Below are positions 17,744-28,106 of a stretch of DNA of 64,000 nt, piece after piece (position 1 is the stretch's first letter; the number at the start of each line of letters is the position of its first letter). The notes below the pieces were generated by a model, which was not told the origin of the DNA, did not search any database, and saw only the letters and a program-made list of their open reading frames with translations. This stretch comes from Thiofilum sp. (GTDB lineage Bacteria; Pseudomonadota; Gammaproteobacteria; Thiotrichales; Thiotrichaceae), in assembly GCF_016711335.1 (NCBI RefSeq), contig NZ_JADJTF010000001.1, positions 2,321,401-2,385,400 of the forward strand, given 5' to 3'. The translations under genes were made by a program, and so were the position numbers.

Positions 17744-18661
17744 ATGCAAGCGGGTGACGGTATTGTTTATAGCTCTTTAAACACCCTTATTCGTTTAAAA
17801 GCACAGGTCGCAGCCTTACAACGCGCTAAAAAACACGCTAAGGCGAGTACGTCGGGTGGGTATCGCACGGTATTTAAAGGGCGCGGGATGGATTTTGCTG
17901 AATCACGCCCTTATCAAGCAGGCGATGATATTCGTACCATTGATTGGCGCGTGACAGCCCGTAGCGGCAAGGTGCATACCAAAGTCTTCCAAGAGGAGCG
18001 TGAACGTCCGGTCATGCTCTGGGTGGATATGCGCCCCTCGATGTATTTTGCTACGCGGGGACGGTTTAAAAGTGTCTTAGCCGCTGAGGTAGCCGCCTTA
18101 TTGGTATGGAAAACCATTGAAGCGGGTGATCGAGTCGGGGGCTTTGTGCAAAGTAGTCACCACTGCGGAGAATTAAAGCCTAGTCATACGCGGGGTGCGG
18201 CCTTGCATTTATTGCGCAGTATTGCGGATACCACCCAATTACAGCCCACTGCTCAGACGGCATTAAATCTATTAGATGATAGTTGGGGGCGTTTAAGGCG
18301 AGTGGCTAGTGCTGGTACTCAAGTACTGATCATTAGTGATTTTAGACAGACTACTCCGGCTGCTTTACGTCAATTAGCTTTAATGTCACAGCATTGTGAG
18401 CTAGGTTTGATTCATATCCAAGACCCCTTTGAAGCACAAATGCCCGCTAATCTGAATGGTAAACTACGCCTCACCGATGGGCGTAATAGTTTATGGATGT
18501 TATTGCAACAACGTTTTCGGGAACGTTATGCTGAGCGCTCTAGTCTACAACTCAAGCAATTAAAACAATTTGCTAGACGGTATCGTATGAGCTTTTTGAC
18601 GTTAAGTACTGATATGAATACTACCGAGCGCCTACGTTTATTAGCGCGGGGTATTGCATGA
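17744..18661 (+). CDS. DUF58 domain protein (VWA-like, MoxR partner)
   Basis: FKGRGMDFAESRPYQAGDDIRTIDWRVTAR is the DUF58 signature. Position directly after MoxR. Confidence 0.8.
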   Translation: MQAGDGIVYSSLNTLIRLKAQVAALQRAKKHAKASTSGGYRTVFKGRGMDFAESRPYQAGDDIRTIDWRVTARSGKVHTKVFQEERERPVMLWVDMRPSMYFATRGRFKSVLAAEVAALLVWKTIEAGDRVGGFVQSSHHCGELKPSHTRGAALHLLRSIADTTQLQPTAQTALNLLDDSWGRLRRVASAGTQVLIISDFRQTTPAALRQLALMSQHCELGLIHIQDPFEAQMPANLNGKLRLTDGRNSLWMLLQQRFRERYAERSSLQLKQLKQFARRYRMSFLTLSTDMNTTERLRLLARGIA

Positions 18662-19149
18662 CCCCCAATACCGCAGAATTACCGCTACGCCCGATTCATT
18701 TTCCTGATCCCGTGGGTTGGTGGCCTCCTGCAATGGGGTGGTGGTTACTATTGGCTTTAATACTGGTAACTATCGGTGCTTTGTTGGTGTGGTATTTCAA
18801 GCGCCAACACAACCAGCAACGCTTGGCTATTCAACAGGCACTTAAAGAATTAGACACCATTGAACAACACTATCAAAACGATAAGCGTCAATTAGTACAG
18901 CACATTTCAGCCTTATTGCGGCGGGTCGCTATGCAGCAATATGGACGTACTGCAACGGCGGGTTTAGCGGGTACGGCTTGGGCAACCTTTTTGCAGCAAG
19001 CAGGCAAGCAAGGTATGAATCCTGATTTAGCCAAAGCATTAAGCGAAATGCCCTATCGCCCGGTGGAAGATGTCAATACTAAGCAATTAGTTGCGCAAGT
19101 ACGTAGTTGGATTAATGCCCAACTCAAACCCCATTTGAGGAGGGCGTAG
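18658..19149 (+). CDS. DUF4381-type membrane protein
   Basis: 163-aa ORF with a single TM helix (WWLLLALILVTIGALLVWYF). Conserved position between DUF58 and BatA in Bat operons. Confidence 0.55.
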   Translation: MTPNTAELPLRPIHFPDPVGWWPPAMGWWLLLALILVTIGALLVWYFKRQHNQQRLAIQQALKELDTIEQHYQNDKRQLVQHISALLRRVAMQQYGRTATAGLAGTAWATFLQQAGKQGMNPDLAKALSEMPYRPVEDVNTKQLVAQVRSWINAQLKPHLRRA

Positions 19150-19150
19150 T

Positions 19151-20131
19151 ATGTACGAACTCTTATGGTGGTGGGCGCTGGCTTTATTACCTTTGCCGCT
19201 AGTGGTGTACTGGTTGTTTCCCAAAATTAGCGCGGACAATACGCTAGCCTTAAAAGTGCCGAGCTTGACTGAGTTTGAATTAGGGGAGTGGGTGGAGCAA
19301 AGTACATGGAGTAGTCGCCTAAAATTATTATTAGCAGGCATGATCTGGGGCACTTTAGTGCTCGCATTAGCGCGTCCGGTTTGGATTGGAGAACCGGTGT
19401 CATTACCGTTTAGTGGGCGTGATTTAATGCTTGCAGTGGATCTGTCTGGCAGTATGCGTGAAGAGGATTTTGAACTAAATGGTCGAGTGGTAGATCGATT
19501 AACAGCGACCCAATGGGTAGCTAGTGATTTCATTCAAAGGCGCCAAGGCGACCGTTTAGGACTGATCGTATTTGCAGATCAAGCCTATTTACAGGTTCCG
19601 CTCACCTTTGATACCGCAACTGTTAGACGTTTAATGCGTGAATCCTTTATTGGTTTAGCGGGCGAGCGCACCGCGATTGGCGATGCGATTGGTCTAGCCC
19701 TCAAACGTTTAAAAGATAATCCTGAAAAAAATCGTGTGCTGATTCTAATGACGGATGGAGCTAATACCGCAGGCTCGGTTAATCCGGCGGAGGCATCTGA
19801 TATGGCGGCAAAGTCGGGATTAAAAATCTATACAGTAGGTATTGGCTCCGAGGCGAATGCAGTGAGAAGTGCGTTTGGATTTTCCTTAACTAATCCTTCG
19901 GCTGACTTGGATGAGGGCTTATTAAAGCTGATTGCCAGTAAAACCGGAGGGCAATATTTCCGTGCACGCGATACCACCGAATTTGAGCGCATCTATACTG
20001 AACTAGATCGTTTAGAGCCGATTGAGCAAGAAGGCAAACAATGGCGACCGCAGCGTGAGTTATTTACTTGGCCTTTGGCACTAGCCTTGTTTCTAGGTGT
20101 GGGTCTATTAGTGTGGAGGCGCATGGAATAA
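19151..20131 (+). CDS. batA: VWA domain protein BatA
   Basis: N-terminal TM helix, VWA MIDAS (LMLAVDLSGSM ... MTDGANT) and C-terminal TM helix. Start overlaps the previous stop. Confidence 0.8.
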   Translation: MYELLWWWALALLPLPLVVYWLFPKISADNTLALKVPSLTEFELGEWVEQSTWSSRLKLLLAGMIWGTLVLALARPVWIGEPVSLPFSGRDLMLAVDLSGSMREEDFELNGRVVDRLTATQWVASDFIQRRQGDRLGLIVFADQAYLQVPLTFDTATVRRLMRESFIGLAGERTAIGDAIGLALKRLKDNPEKNRVLILMTDGANTAGSVNPAEASDMAAKSGLKIYTVGIGSEANAVRSAFGFSLTNPSADLDEGLLKLIASKTGGQYFRARDTTEFERIYTELDRLEPIEQEGKQWRPQRELFTWPLALALFLGVGLLVWRRME

Positions 20132-20132
20132 A

Positions 20133-21938
20133 GTGGACTGGTCTGAATTGCACTTTTTATATCCTTGGTGGCTGGTGTTATTAGTAGCACTCCCTTTAGT
20201 GTTATGGCTGATCTATGCGCCTAAACAAACGCAATGGCAACACTGGATCGATGACAAACTAGCGCCCTTTGTGCTCACTGGAAAAATGGCAGAGTCACAA
20301 CGCTGGTCACTAATACTATTAGGTTTAGCTTGGGTATTAGCGGTAGTAGCTTTAGCGGGTCCTACTTGGCAAAAGCGTGAAGTACCCGTGTATAACAATC
20401 CGCATGCGTTAGTGATTGGTTTAGATTTGTCTATTTCGATGTGGGCTAAAGATGTAGCGCCAGATCGCCTGAATCAAGCCCGTTTTAAAATATTAGATAT
20501 TTTAAAGCAGCGCAAAGACGGACAAACCGCTTTGATTGTGTTCGCAGGTGATGCGTTTGTGGTAACACCTCTGACGACTGATACCGTCACTATTGCGGAA
20601 CAAATTAAAAATTTAACGCCCGATATTATGCCCGCATTAGGTAGTCGTTTTGCCCCTGCCATTACCCAAGCGCAGCAATTACTCACTCAAGCCAATGCGC
20701 AACAAGGCGATATTTTATTAGTGACGGATGGCGTTGATGATGCAGCACTGGCTGTAGAGGCAGCACAAGTCGCACGAAGTGCAGGTTTTATGGTATCCAC
20801 TTTAGCGATAGGCACTGAAAAGGGCGCACCTATTCCTATTCCGAATCAAAGTTTTCTTAAAGATGATCAAGGTCGCACCGTCATGGCTGAAGTCAATAAA
20901 ACGGCCATTGCAGCAGTCGCTACGGCAGGACAAGGTTTAGCCTTAGAAACCACGATTAATGATAGTGAAATTGCGCAACTACAAGCTTTCTGGGAGCAGC
21001 ATATTCAAGCTCAAGCGCCGCAATTACAAAATCAACAGGTAGAAGTTTGGTTAAATGCAGGCTATTGGTTTCTGATTCCACTCATTCCATTAGTGTTGGG
21101 TATTTTTAGGCGTGGTTGGCTAGTGCTAGCGGTGGCTTTGCTACTAAGTGCTCGTCCAGAACCAGTGTTGGCTGTGGAATTGGCGCATTTATTTCAAACG
21201 CCAGATCAACAGGCGATGCAAGCCATGCAGCAGCAGGATTTTAAACAAGCCGAGCAACAGTTCGAGCGTCCCGATTGGAAAGCTGCCGCAGCCTATGAAG
21301 GAAAAAATTGGGCAGCAGCAGAGCAATATTATAAAAACCAGACTGCGCTTACAGATCGCTATAATTATGCTAATGCTCTAGCCAAGCAAGGTAAGCTGCA
21401 AGAAGCCTTAAATGCTTATGATCAAGTATTAAACCAAGATCCTCAACATCAGGATGCACTGTATAATCGTAAAGTGGTTGAGGACGAGTTAAAAAAACAG
21501 CAACAAGCCCAGCAAAATCAACAACAGAATCAGAACCAACAAGAACAGCAGCAAAACCAAAACTCATCACAGTCCTCTGACCCTCAATCAGGTGCATCTG
21601 ATCAACAGCAGAATCAAAACGCGGAGCAAGCCGGAGACAGTCAAGGGCAAAGCGACCAACAGCCTAAATCTCAAGACCCAGCCGCAGCTAAGGACACCCA
21701 ACCAGAGGCTGCTGAACCAGAGCCAAAAGAGACGCGACCAGAGTCACAACAGTCACCTAATACCGCTCAGACTAATAGTGCTCCTACACCCGAATCCAGT
21801 GAGCAAAGTCGCGAGCAACAACAAGCGACCGAGCAATGGTTGAGACGGATTCCCGATGATCCGGCAGAATTATGGCGACGTAAGTTTTTATATCAATATC
21901 AACAGCGTGCTCCACAACAGCAGGGTTCACAATGGTAA
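20133..21938 (+). CDS. batB: VWA plus TPR protein BatB-like with a long Q/N/acidic low-complexity tail
   Basis: TM helices, VWA MIDAS (LVIGLDLSISM ... VTDGVDD), TPR-like segment (ALAKQGKLQEALNAYDQVLNQDPQHQDALYNRK), then about 150 aa of QQNQQQNQNQQEQQQ, acidic and Pro-rich sequence. Confidence 0.8.
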   Translation: MDWSELHFLYPWWLVLLVALPLVLWLIYAPKQTQWQHWIDDKLAPFVLTGKMAESQRWSLILLGLAWVLAVVALAGPTWQKREVPVYNNPHALVIGLDLSISMWAKDVAPDRLNQARFKILDILKQRKDGQTALIVFAGDAFVVTPLTTDTVTIAEQIKNLTPDIMPALGSRFAPAITQAQQLLTQANAQQGDILLVTDGVDDAALAVEAAQVARSAGFMVSTLAIGTEKGAPIPIPNQSFLKDDQGRTVMAEVNKTAIAAVATAGQGLALETTINDSEIAQLQAFWEQHIQAQAPQLQNQQVEVWLNAGYWFLIPLIPLVLGIFRRGWLVLAVALLLSARPEPVLAVELAHLFQTPDQQAMQAMQQQDFKQAEQQFERPDWKAAAAYEGKNWAAAEQYYKNQTALTDRYNYANALAKQGKLQEALNAYDQVLNQDPQHQDALYNRKVVEDELKKQQQAQQNQQQNQNQQEQQQNQNSSQSSDPQSGASDQQQNQNAEQAGDSQGQSDQQPKSQDPAAAKDTQPEAAEPEPKETRPESQQSPNTAQTNSAPTPESSEQSREQQQATEQWLRRIPDDPAELWRRKFLYQYQQRAPQQQGSQW

Positions 21939-23667
21939 AGCGTATTATAATAGTTAGCTTATTATGGCTAATGATGGTTAATCTGAGTTGGGCGACGGTC
22001 AGTAGTAGTGTCGATCAAACGGAATTGACTTATGGAGATGCGTTACAACTCACCATTACCGCCAACCACGGTACAGGGGTTGCGCCTGATTTGTCGGTGC
22101 TGAATGATGATTTTGAAATTGCCTCGCAGCGCCATGAAAGCCAGTTTAGTTTAATTAATGGGACTAGCTCGCAAACCTCACGCTGGATTTTATCTCTCTA
22201 TCCACGCAAGTCTGGAAAATTAGTGATTCCCGCTATTACGGTGGGAGCAGAAATAACAGATCCGATTGTGCTCACCATTAATGACGATACTACCCCCAAC
22301 AGCACTAATAATGATAAAGGCAAATCTACCTCAGCGGATGTGTTAATCGAATTTGAAATAGAGCCAAAAAATCCACTAGTACAGCAGCAAATTATTTTAA
22401 CTCAGCGCTTATTAGCGAGTGTGCGTCTGGATAATACCCAAGCTTCCTTAACGCTACCACAAATTGAGCAGGGTAAAGGTCTAGTACGCCAACTCGGTTC
22501 ACCCACAGCGCATAATAGGGTAATACAAGGTAAGCGCTATGATGTAATTGAACGTAAATTTGCTTTAATGTCCCAGCAAAGTGGCACTTTAACCATTGGG
22601 CGTACTATTTTTGATGGGGTGATTCCAGATGCTAATGCTAATAATGACCCATTAGGACACTATTTTGCTTTTAGTTTGGGGGGGAAGAGCGTCCGGCGTT
22701 TTTCTAAACCGTTTGATATTACCATCGCCCCACAAGATCCGAATTACACCGGACAATATTGGTTACCCGCTAAAAATATTAGTTTAAATGCTTCATGGGA
22801 TAAACCTTTAGATCAGCTCAAAGCGGGTGAACCAGTCACCTTAACCATTGCGATTATGGCGGAAGGTTTAGCGGCAGAGCAGTTACCTGCATTGACTATT
22901 CCAGTGCCAGTAGGTATGAAGGCATATAGTGATCAGCCCTTATTCAATGACCAAGTGCGCGACGATGGAGTGATTGGTATTCGTCAGGAGAAATGGGTAT
23001 TTATAGCCTCTGGTGGTGGAGAGTTTACCATTCCTGAAATTACTTTGGATTGGTGGAATACTAAAACACAACAGCAAGAATTGGCGCGTTTAGATGCTAC
23101 ACAATTTAAAGTAGGGGGCGAACCTTTGGTTGTGAATACTCCCGATCCTGCTACAGTCGCCAAACCTGAACCTCAACATAGCGCCCAGCTCCCTAGCGCA
23201 CAACCCTCAAGCGACACCAGACCTCAACACACTATGCCTTGGTGGTTGTGGGCGGTTTTATTAGTGTTAATGGGGGAGTGATTGCAGCACTTGCCTATCG
23301 CCGAGGTAAGTATAAGGCTCAGTCTATGAGTAGTATGCAGGAAAGCTTGCAGCGCGGTAGTTTAAATCAACTCATTAGCGCCTGCGCTCAACATGATAAA
23401 CAAGGGGCGCAATTAGGCTTAACCGCATGGGCACGAGATGTCTTAGCTGTGCCGAGTCCGCAATGGGTGAATCTGCGTGCCATAGCCACCCCTGAATTAA
23501 AAGCAGCTATGGATAGTTTAGAGCAAGCCCTGTATAGCAAAGACGCCTCCAGCAAAAAGTGGGATGGATCAGCACTGATCAAAGCCGTAAAAGCCTTTAA
23601 ATATCCACTGAATCGGCATGAGACAACAACGCATTTGATGCCTTTATATCCTTTAGCAGATAAATAA
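21932..23667 (+). CDS. batD: BatD-family protein (reading frame broken at the G5 run 23272-23276; full length about 591 aa if one G is added)
   Basis: ORFs 21932..23281 and 23239..23667 are consecutive. With G6 the TM helix reads PWWLWAVLLVLMGGVIAALAYRRGKYK (a classic stop-transfer) followed by the usual BatD cytoplasmic tail. Confidence 0.7.
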
Positions 23668-23677
23668 GAGTTTTTAT

Positions 23678-24796
23678 ATGCAACTTGCTCATGAAGATAA
23701 TTTGCGCCTCAATGTGCTTTTCGCCCAGCCGGTACAGGCTATTCGCATCGATGAATCCAACCTAACCTTGTATGCCCTGACGCCTAAAGGTGAAGCCAAA
23801 ATCAGACTAAACCCCACGACGCGTGATGAACAGTATTTGCGCTGGATACGGGAGTGGTTGTCGTTAAAAGTGACAGGTTCGCCCGGCGGCTATCCGGTGT
23901 TTTTACGTCGTTGGACGCGCACCGGACATGCCCGCAATAATCTAGAGCAGATGCTGTTATTGGGTGAGCCGGAGGCTATTGTAGCAGTCGTGCATAATCC
24001 AGAGTTAAGTCATGATTTAGCCCGTCGTGCATGGTGGGCTTATCCCAATGCTGATACAGCACGGCGTTTATTGGAAAAATCGGTAGTAGTGCAGGGCGAG
24101 CTGGGTAAGGAATTAGTAGCTTATTTGATTGAATTTTTGCCTTTTGAAGAGGTGGCGTTAGATATAGTCGATACGGTGCGTTTGTGTTTACAGGGCGAGT
24201 TATTAGACGGTAGTGAGCGCGAAAAGCTCTGGAATCGTGCTAAGCGCAAAAATGCATTTTATGTTGGATTTCTTCATGCCGATGCAGCCCACATTCCGCT
24301 CCCTGTGCCAGCGCACCCGTTAGCAGTAAGTATTAGGGAAAGCTTGAGTGAACTATTAGCAGCTAATAATCCTTTTGCTAATGTGTTAGAGCATACATTA
24401 AGTGAGGGCGGACAAAAGTGGTTACAGGCATTACTGCTAGCTTTAGATAAGCCCACCGATCAAGAGGTGGTGATTTCGCTATTTCGCGCGATTCAGAAAC
24501 GTTTTAATGTGCCATTTCCTGAAGCTAGAGGGGTGACTATTGAGGTGGCATTGATGCGGGCGGATGAGTATTGTCAAGGGGTGGGGACACCGGAGGCATT
24601 GGTCGAGGTATTGCAGGTATTGCCTCGTGAGTATCAGGAGTATCTGCGCTCTATTTTGGTGTTAGCACAGTTGGGTGAGGATAGTTTGAATCCGATTTTT
24701 GGCGGGAGTGATGCGGTGGGTTCGGTGATGCGTAAGCATTTGGAGCCTTTGACGAAGATGATTCAACAAGCGGCTAAGGCTTTGCTAGGCAAGTAA
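23678..24796 (+). CDS. Hypothetical alpha-helical protein (372 aa)
   Basis: ORF with coding-like composition and an RBS. No domain confidently recognised from sequence alone. Follows the Bat operon with a 10-nt gap. Confidence 0.45.
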   Translation: MQLAHEDNLRLNVLFAQPVQAIRIDESNLTLYALTPKGEAKIRLNPTTRDEQYLRWIREWLSLKVTGSPGGYPVFLRRWTRTGHARNNLEQMLLLGEPEAIVAVVHNPELSHDLARRAWWAYPNADTARRLLEKSVVVQGELGKELVAYLIEFLPFEEVALDIVDTVRLCLQGELLDGSEREKLWNRAKRKNAFYVGFLHADAAHIPLPVPAHPLAVSIRESLSELLAANNPFANVLEHTLSEGGQKWLQALLLALDKPTDQEVVISLFRAIQKRFNVPFPEARGVTIEVALMRADEYCQGVGTPEALVEVLQVLPREYQEYLRSILVLAQLGEDSLNPIFGGSDAVGSVMRKHLEPLTKMIQQAAKALLGK

Positions 24797-24837
24797 GTTA
24801 ATAAGCTATAGAAATTGTTAGTCTTACCTAAGAGATT

Positions 24838-25293
24838 TTAAATTTGATTGCTTTGGTTTCTTTCAAAGATATATTTTTTAACCCAAGCGATTTGCTCCTC
24901 TGTATCAGGGACTACAATATTTCGGGCTTTACTCAGTATAGGGAAGATATTTTCAAAGGGAGTGTTCAATTGATGTAAAAGGCAAGCTGCAAATAATCCT
25001 GATCGACCTATTCCTGCACGACAATGAATAGCAACAGATTTATTTTGCATAAGCACATCATAAGCCTGATCAAGTATTAATGAAAATTCATTAATAGATG
25101 TCGGAGTGCCTCTATCAGCGATAGGTAATGAGAGAAACTTGATATTCACCTCGGCGCATAAATAGGGTTCTTGTTTTAACTCTAGCTCTCTAACCTCCTG
25201 CGGTTCAAGTAATGAAACTACGCAATCAATAGAGTTAGCTTTCCAAGCCATGATTTCTTCTTTTAACCACTCACCACCTTTTGGACGTGGCAT
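24838..25293 (-). CDS. Dual-specificity/protein-tyrosine phosphatase-like protein (CX5R)
   Basis: Active-site P-loop VAIHCRAGIGRSG (HCX5R(S/T)). Start placed at ATG 25293 (MPRPKGGEWLK); the longer ORF to 25407 is possible. Confidence 0.6.
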   Translation of the reverse strand: MPRPKGGEWLKEEIMAWKANSIDCVVSLLEPQEVRELELKQEPYLCAEVNIKFLSLPIADRGTPTSINEFSLILDQAYDVLMQNKSVAIHCRAGIGRSGLFAACLLHQLNTPFENIFPILSKARNIVVPDTEEQIAWVKKYIFERNQSNQI

Positions 25294-25417
25294 AATAGCT
25301 AAGCGGAGCGGTTGAATATCGTTAATCCAATAGATAGAGGGAGAAAACACTATTTTTAACTCATAATAGTAGGTCTTTAAGAAAAATATACTGCTTATAG
25401 GCAGCATTTCAAAGTAT

Positions 25418-26713
25418 TCAATTCAACTGCACCCTAATTCCCCAAGGTACTCCCGCACTTCCTTTTACCAACCACAACACTGGATAATGCGGTACTATCT
25501 GCGGGAAAAAGCCCTGTGCATCAGTAAAGTAAATTACTATATCCGGCATGCGATCCTGTCGATTTACCCATTCAAACACTGGACGAAAATCAGTTGTTCC
25601 GCCCCCCGCAATCTCCGCAGGCAATACCACTTCCTCCCAAGGCTCAAATTGACGCGGAAACCCCGCCACTATCTCAGCATCACACGCAATCAGCGTAATT
25701 CCCGCCCGAATCTGCCCCTTTAGCGCATTAAGCTCGGCTAAACATTCCTGCAATTGCTCATGACTAATCGAGCCACTCACATCTACCGCTACCACTGCAT
25801 TAATCTGCTGACTTTTGAGACTCGGAAAAATCGCTGGATTTCCGCGCCGTGTCGAGGGACGAGTATAGCTATAGTCATCTCTCGCCATTCCGGTTAGATA
25901 ATGCGCTAACACACTGCGCCACGGTAAACGCGGTCGTAGCATCTCCTCAACTAAACGCTTCATCACTCCACTAAGCTTTCCGGCTTGCTCGGCTTGTTGA
26001 GCCGCTCCTGCTAGACGTTGTTGCCATTGCAGCGCCAGCTCTTCTACCTCGGCAGGGGTTAAAGGCGGTGGAGGATTGCCACCTAATGCCGAGGGATCAA
26101 ATTCAGGCGGTTGTTGCGAGCGTGCCGAGGGTGGATTAGGTTGTTCACCTTGTTCAGTGTCTTGCTTAGAAGGTGTTTGAGGTTTAGGTTGAGTATTGCG
26201 TTGATCGAGTGGATTAGATTGTGAGTGTTGACCCCCTTCATTAGGATTATCCTCTTTATCGTATAAATGCTGATCTAGCGTCTCAGACCTATCGTTATCG
26301 GCGATACAGGGATAAATCTCCTCGGCGGTCATTCCCACATATTGCTTAAGCATGATCATGCCGGGGGGCGGCTTTAAACCTTCATCCAGTAAAATCGGAT
26401 TGAGTGCATAATCACACGCTAAGTCCCAACGATGCTTCACGCGATGCTGGCGTCGTGCAAAATGCCCTAAAGCACAATGCAAGGCTTCATGCGCTAGCAC
26501 AAATTGCATTTCATCGGGGCGCAGCTCGGCAATATAGGCAGGGTTATAATAAAACTTACGTGCATCGGTTCCGGTGGTGACACACCATGAAGGATCGGCT
26601 GCTTGTAAGGGCAGGCGTAGCACTAAAGCACCTAAGAAGGGTTTATCTAAAATTAAACGGGTACGCGCTGCGACGATTTTGTCTTCAATGGCTTGGGGGG
26701 TGAGATCAGTCAT
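25418..26713 (-). CDS. DUF2201-type protein: N-terminal putative HExxH metallopeptidase domain plus C-terminal VWA-like domain
   Basis: VLAHEALHCALGH (HExxH), central Pro/Gln-rich linker, C-terminal VAVDVSGSI (MIDAS-like DxSxS). Start at ATG 26713, 2 nt after the stop of the upstream AAA+ gene. Confidence 0.65.
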   Translation of the reverse strand: MTDLTPQAIEDKIVAARTRLILDKPFLGALVLRLPLQAADPSWCVTTGTDARKFYYNPAYIAELRPDEMQFVLAHEALHCALGHFARRQHRVKHRWDLACDYALNPILLDEGLKPPPGMIMLKQYVGMTAEEIYPCIADNDRSETLDQHLYDKEDNPNEGGQHSQSNPLDQRNTQPKPQTPSKQDTEQGEQPNPPSARSQQPPEFDPSALGGNPPPPLTPAEVEELALQWQQRLAGAAQQAEQAGKLSGVMKRLVEEMLRPRLPWRSVLAHYLTGMARDDYSYTRPSTRRGNPAIFPSLKSQQINAVVAVDVSGSISHEQLQECLAELNALKGQIRAGITLIACDAEIVAGFPRQFEPWEEVVLPAEIAGGGTTDFRPVFEWVNRQDRMPDIVIYFTDAQGFFPQIVPHYPVLWLVKGSAGVPWGIRVQLN

Positions 26714-27749
26714 AGAGCATGACATCGCCGATGGTTTCAGCCCATTGTGCAAAAGCAGGCACTGCAAAAATGCTATCACCCACTGCACGGAACATATCAG
26801 ACACCAACATCACCCCCATTTCACGTAAAGGTAGGGTTTTAGCATAAGTCAAAATATGTCCGTAGACTTCCAGCGCTGAGCTACTCCCTTTAGCGCGAAT
26901 CGCTCGCCCCACTAAAGCCGATGCAATGGCATATTGTAAATCAACCTCTTTAGGCGTTTTTACCGTTTCGCCGCGTAAAATAGCATCAAGATTGGGCATA
27001 TGATCAAGGTGATCAATAAAGGCTTTGAGTTCAATTCCAGCCGCTTGACCAATACAAGCTTGTAGAGTGGGGAGTAATAATTGCGGCGAGTGGGCAAACT
27101 TTTGTAAAGCGCGATGCGCAAATTCCCACGAGCGCGGGGTAGGGAAGGCTACGGGATTTTGGGCTGGATCAAATTTAAATAGTAATTCAGGGCGAAAACG
27201 TAAAAAGCCAATAATGCGTTCGTCTATACCACTGTGATACGCCCATGCCACCCAATCATCCAGATTAATATCCACTTCAAAATGTGAAAAACGATTAGCG
27301 AGGGGGGCGGGCATAGTATAGGTCACACCTCTATCACCCTGACGATTACCCGCCGCAAAAATAGCCCAACCTTCCGGCACAGTATAATCACCTAAACGTC
27401 GATCTAAGATTAGCTGATAAGCGGCGGCTGAGACACTCGGTACAGCGGAAGTAATTTCATCTAAGAATAAAATACCTTGTGCACCATGACGTTGTGTATT
27501 AGGGAGCATGGCAGGAATTGCCCATTCCACTAGCCCCTGCTCACGAAATGGAATACCCCGCAGATCACTAGGCTCCATTTGTGAGAGACGAATATCAATC
27601 ACAGCCACCTGATGGCGCTGTCCCACTTGTGCTACGATTTGCGATTTACCTACGCCGGGCGGTCCCCACAGCATCACCGGAGTATGACTACCGTGCAGGG
27701 TGGCCTCAAATTCTTTATCAAGTACTGCACTGAGCAATAATGGGCGCAT
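26706..27749 (-). CDS. AAA+ ATPase, MoxR/CbbQ-like (AAA_5)
   Basis: Walker A LWGPPGVGKS, Walker B ILFLDEITSA, sensor AAGN. Paired with the VWA/peptidase gene. Confidence 0.75.
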   Translation of the reverse strand: MRPLLLSAVLDKEFEATLHGSHTPVMLWGPPGVGKSQIVAQVGQRHQVAVIDIRLSQMEPSDLRGIPFREQGLVEWAIPAMLPNTQRHGAQGILFLDEITSAVPSVSAAAYQLILDRRLGDYTVPEGWAIFAAGNRQGDRGVTYTMPAPLANRFSHFEVDINLDDWVAWAYHSGIDERIIGFLRFRPELLFKFDPAQNPVAFPTPRSWEFAHRALQKFAHSPQLLLPTLQACIGQAAGIELKAFIDHLDHMPNLDAILRGETVKTPKEVDLQYAIASALVGRAIRAKGSSSALEVYGHILTYAKTLPLREMGVMLVSDMFRAVGDSIFAVPAFAQWAETIGDVMLYD

Positions 27750-28106
27750 GAATAATCCTTTAGCGAGTGGTCGGTAGCAGGTTTGAAGTTCGAGTATAAG
27801 CGTTGAGGGACAACGGTTGAAGTAAGCCCTTGGTAGAGTGCTCTATCCATTAGAGATAGTAAGTTTGAGTTAAAAGTAATCGTGTGTTTTTGGAGCAGTC
27901 TTGGCGGTAAGGATGCCGCCTTGAAGCGTACAAGGACGTATTTACAGCGTCTGCGGAGGAAATGCACGATTACTTTAGCTGGATACTTAGAAACAGTGTA
28001 AATCTATTGATCCAAGCTTTAAATAATGGACTTTGCCTGCAATATGTAGTGTGCTTTGGTATGCTTAATAGCGCTAGGCGTTAGAGCCTTTGTTTTAGGA
28101 TCGAGA

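Noticed and set aside
23678-24796. Temptation to name the 372-aa protein after the Bat operon (for example a DsrS-like or BatE-like protein)
   Set aside because: I cannot verify any family signature from the sequence alone. Left as hypothetical.
27750-28106. About 350-nt intergenic region upstream of ftsB, examined for a structured RNA, tRNA or 6S-like element
   Set aside because: No tRNA cloverleaf (no acceptor/T-arm pairing with a TTCRANY loop), no RNase P, tmRNA or SRP signatures recognisable by eye. Treated as a divergent promoter region. A covariance-model scan (Infernal/Rfam) would be needed to exclude small RNAs.
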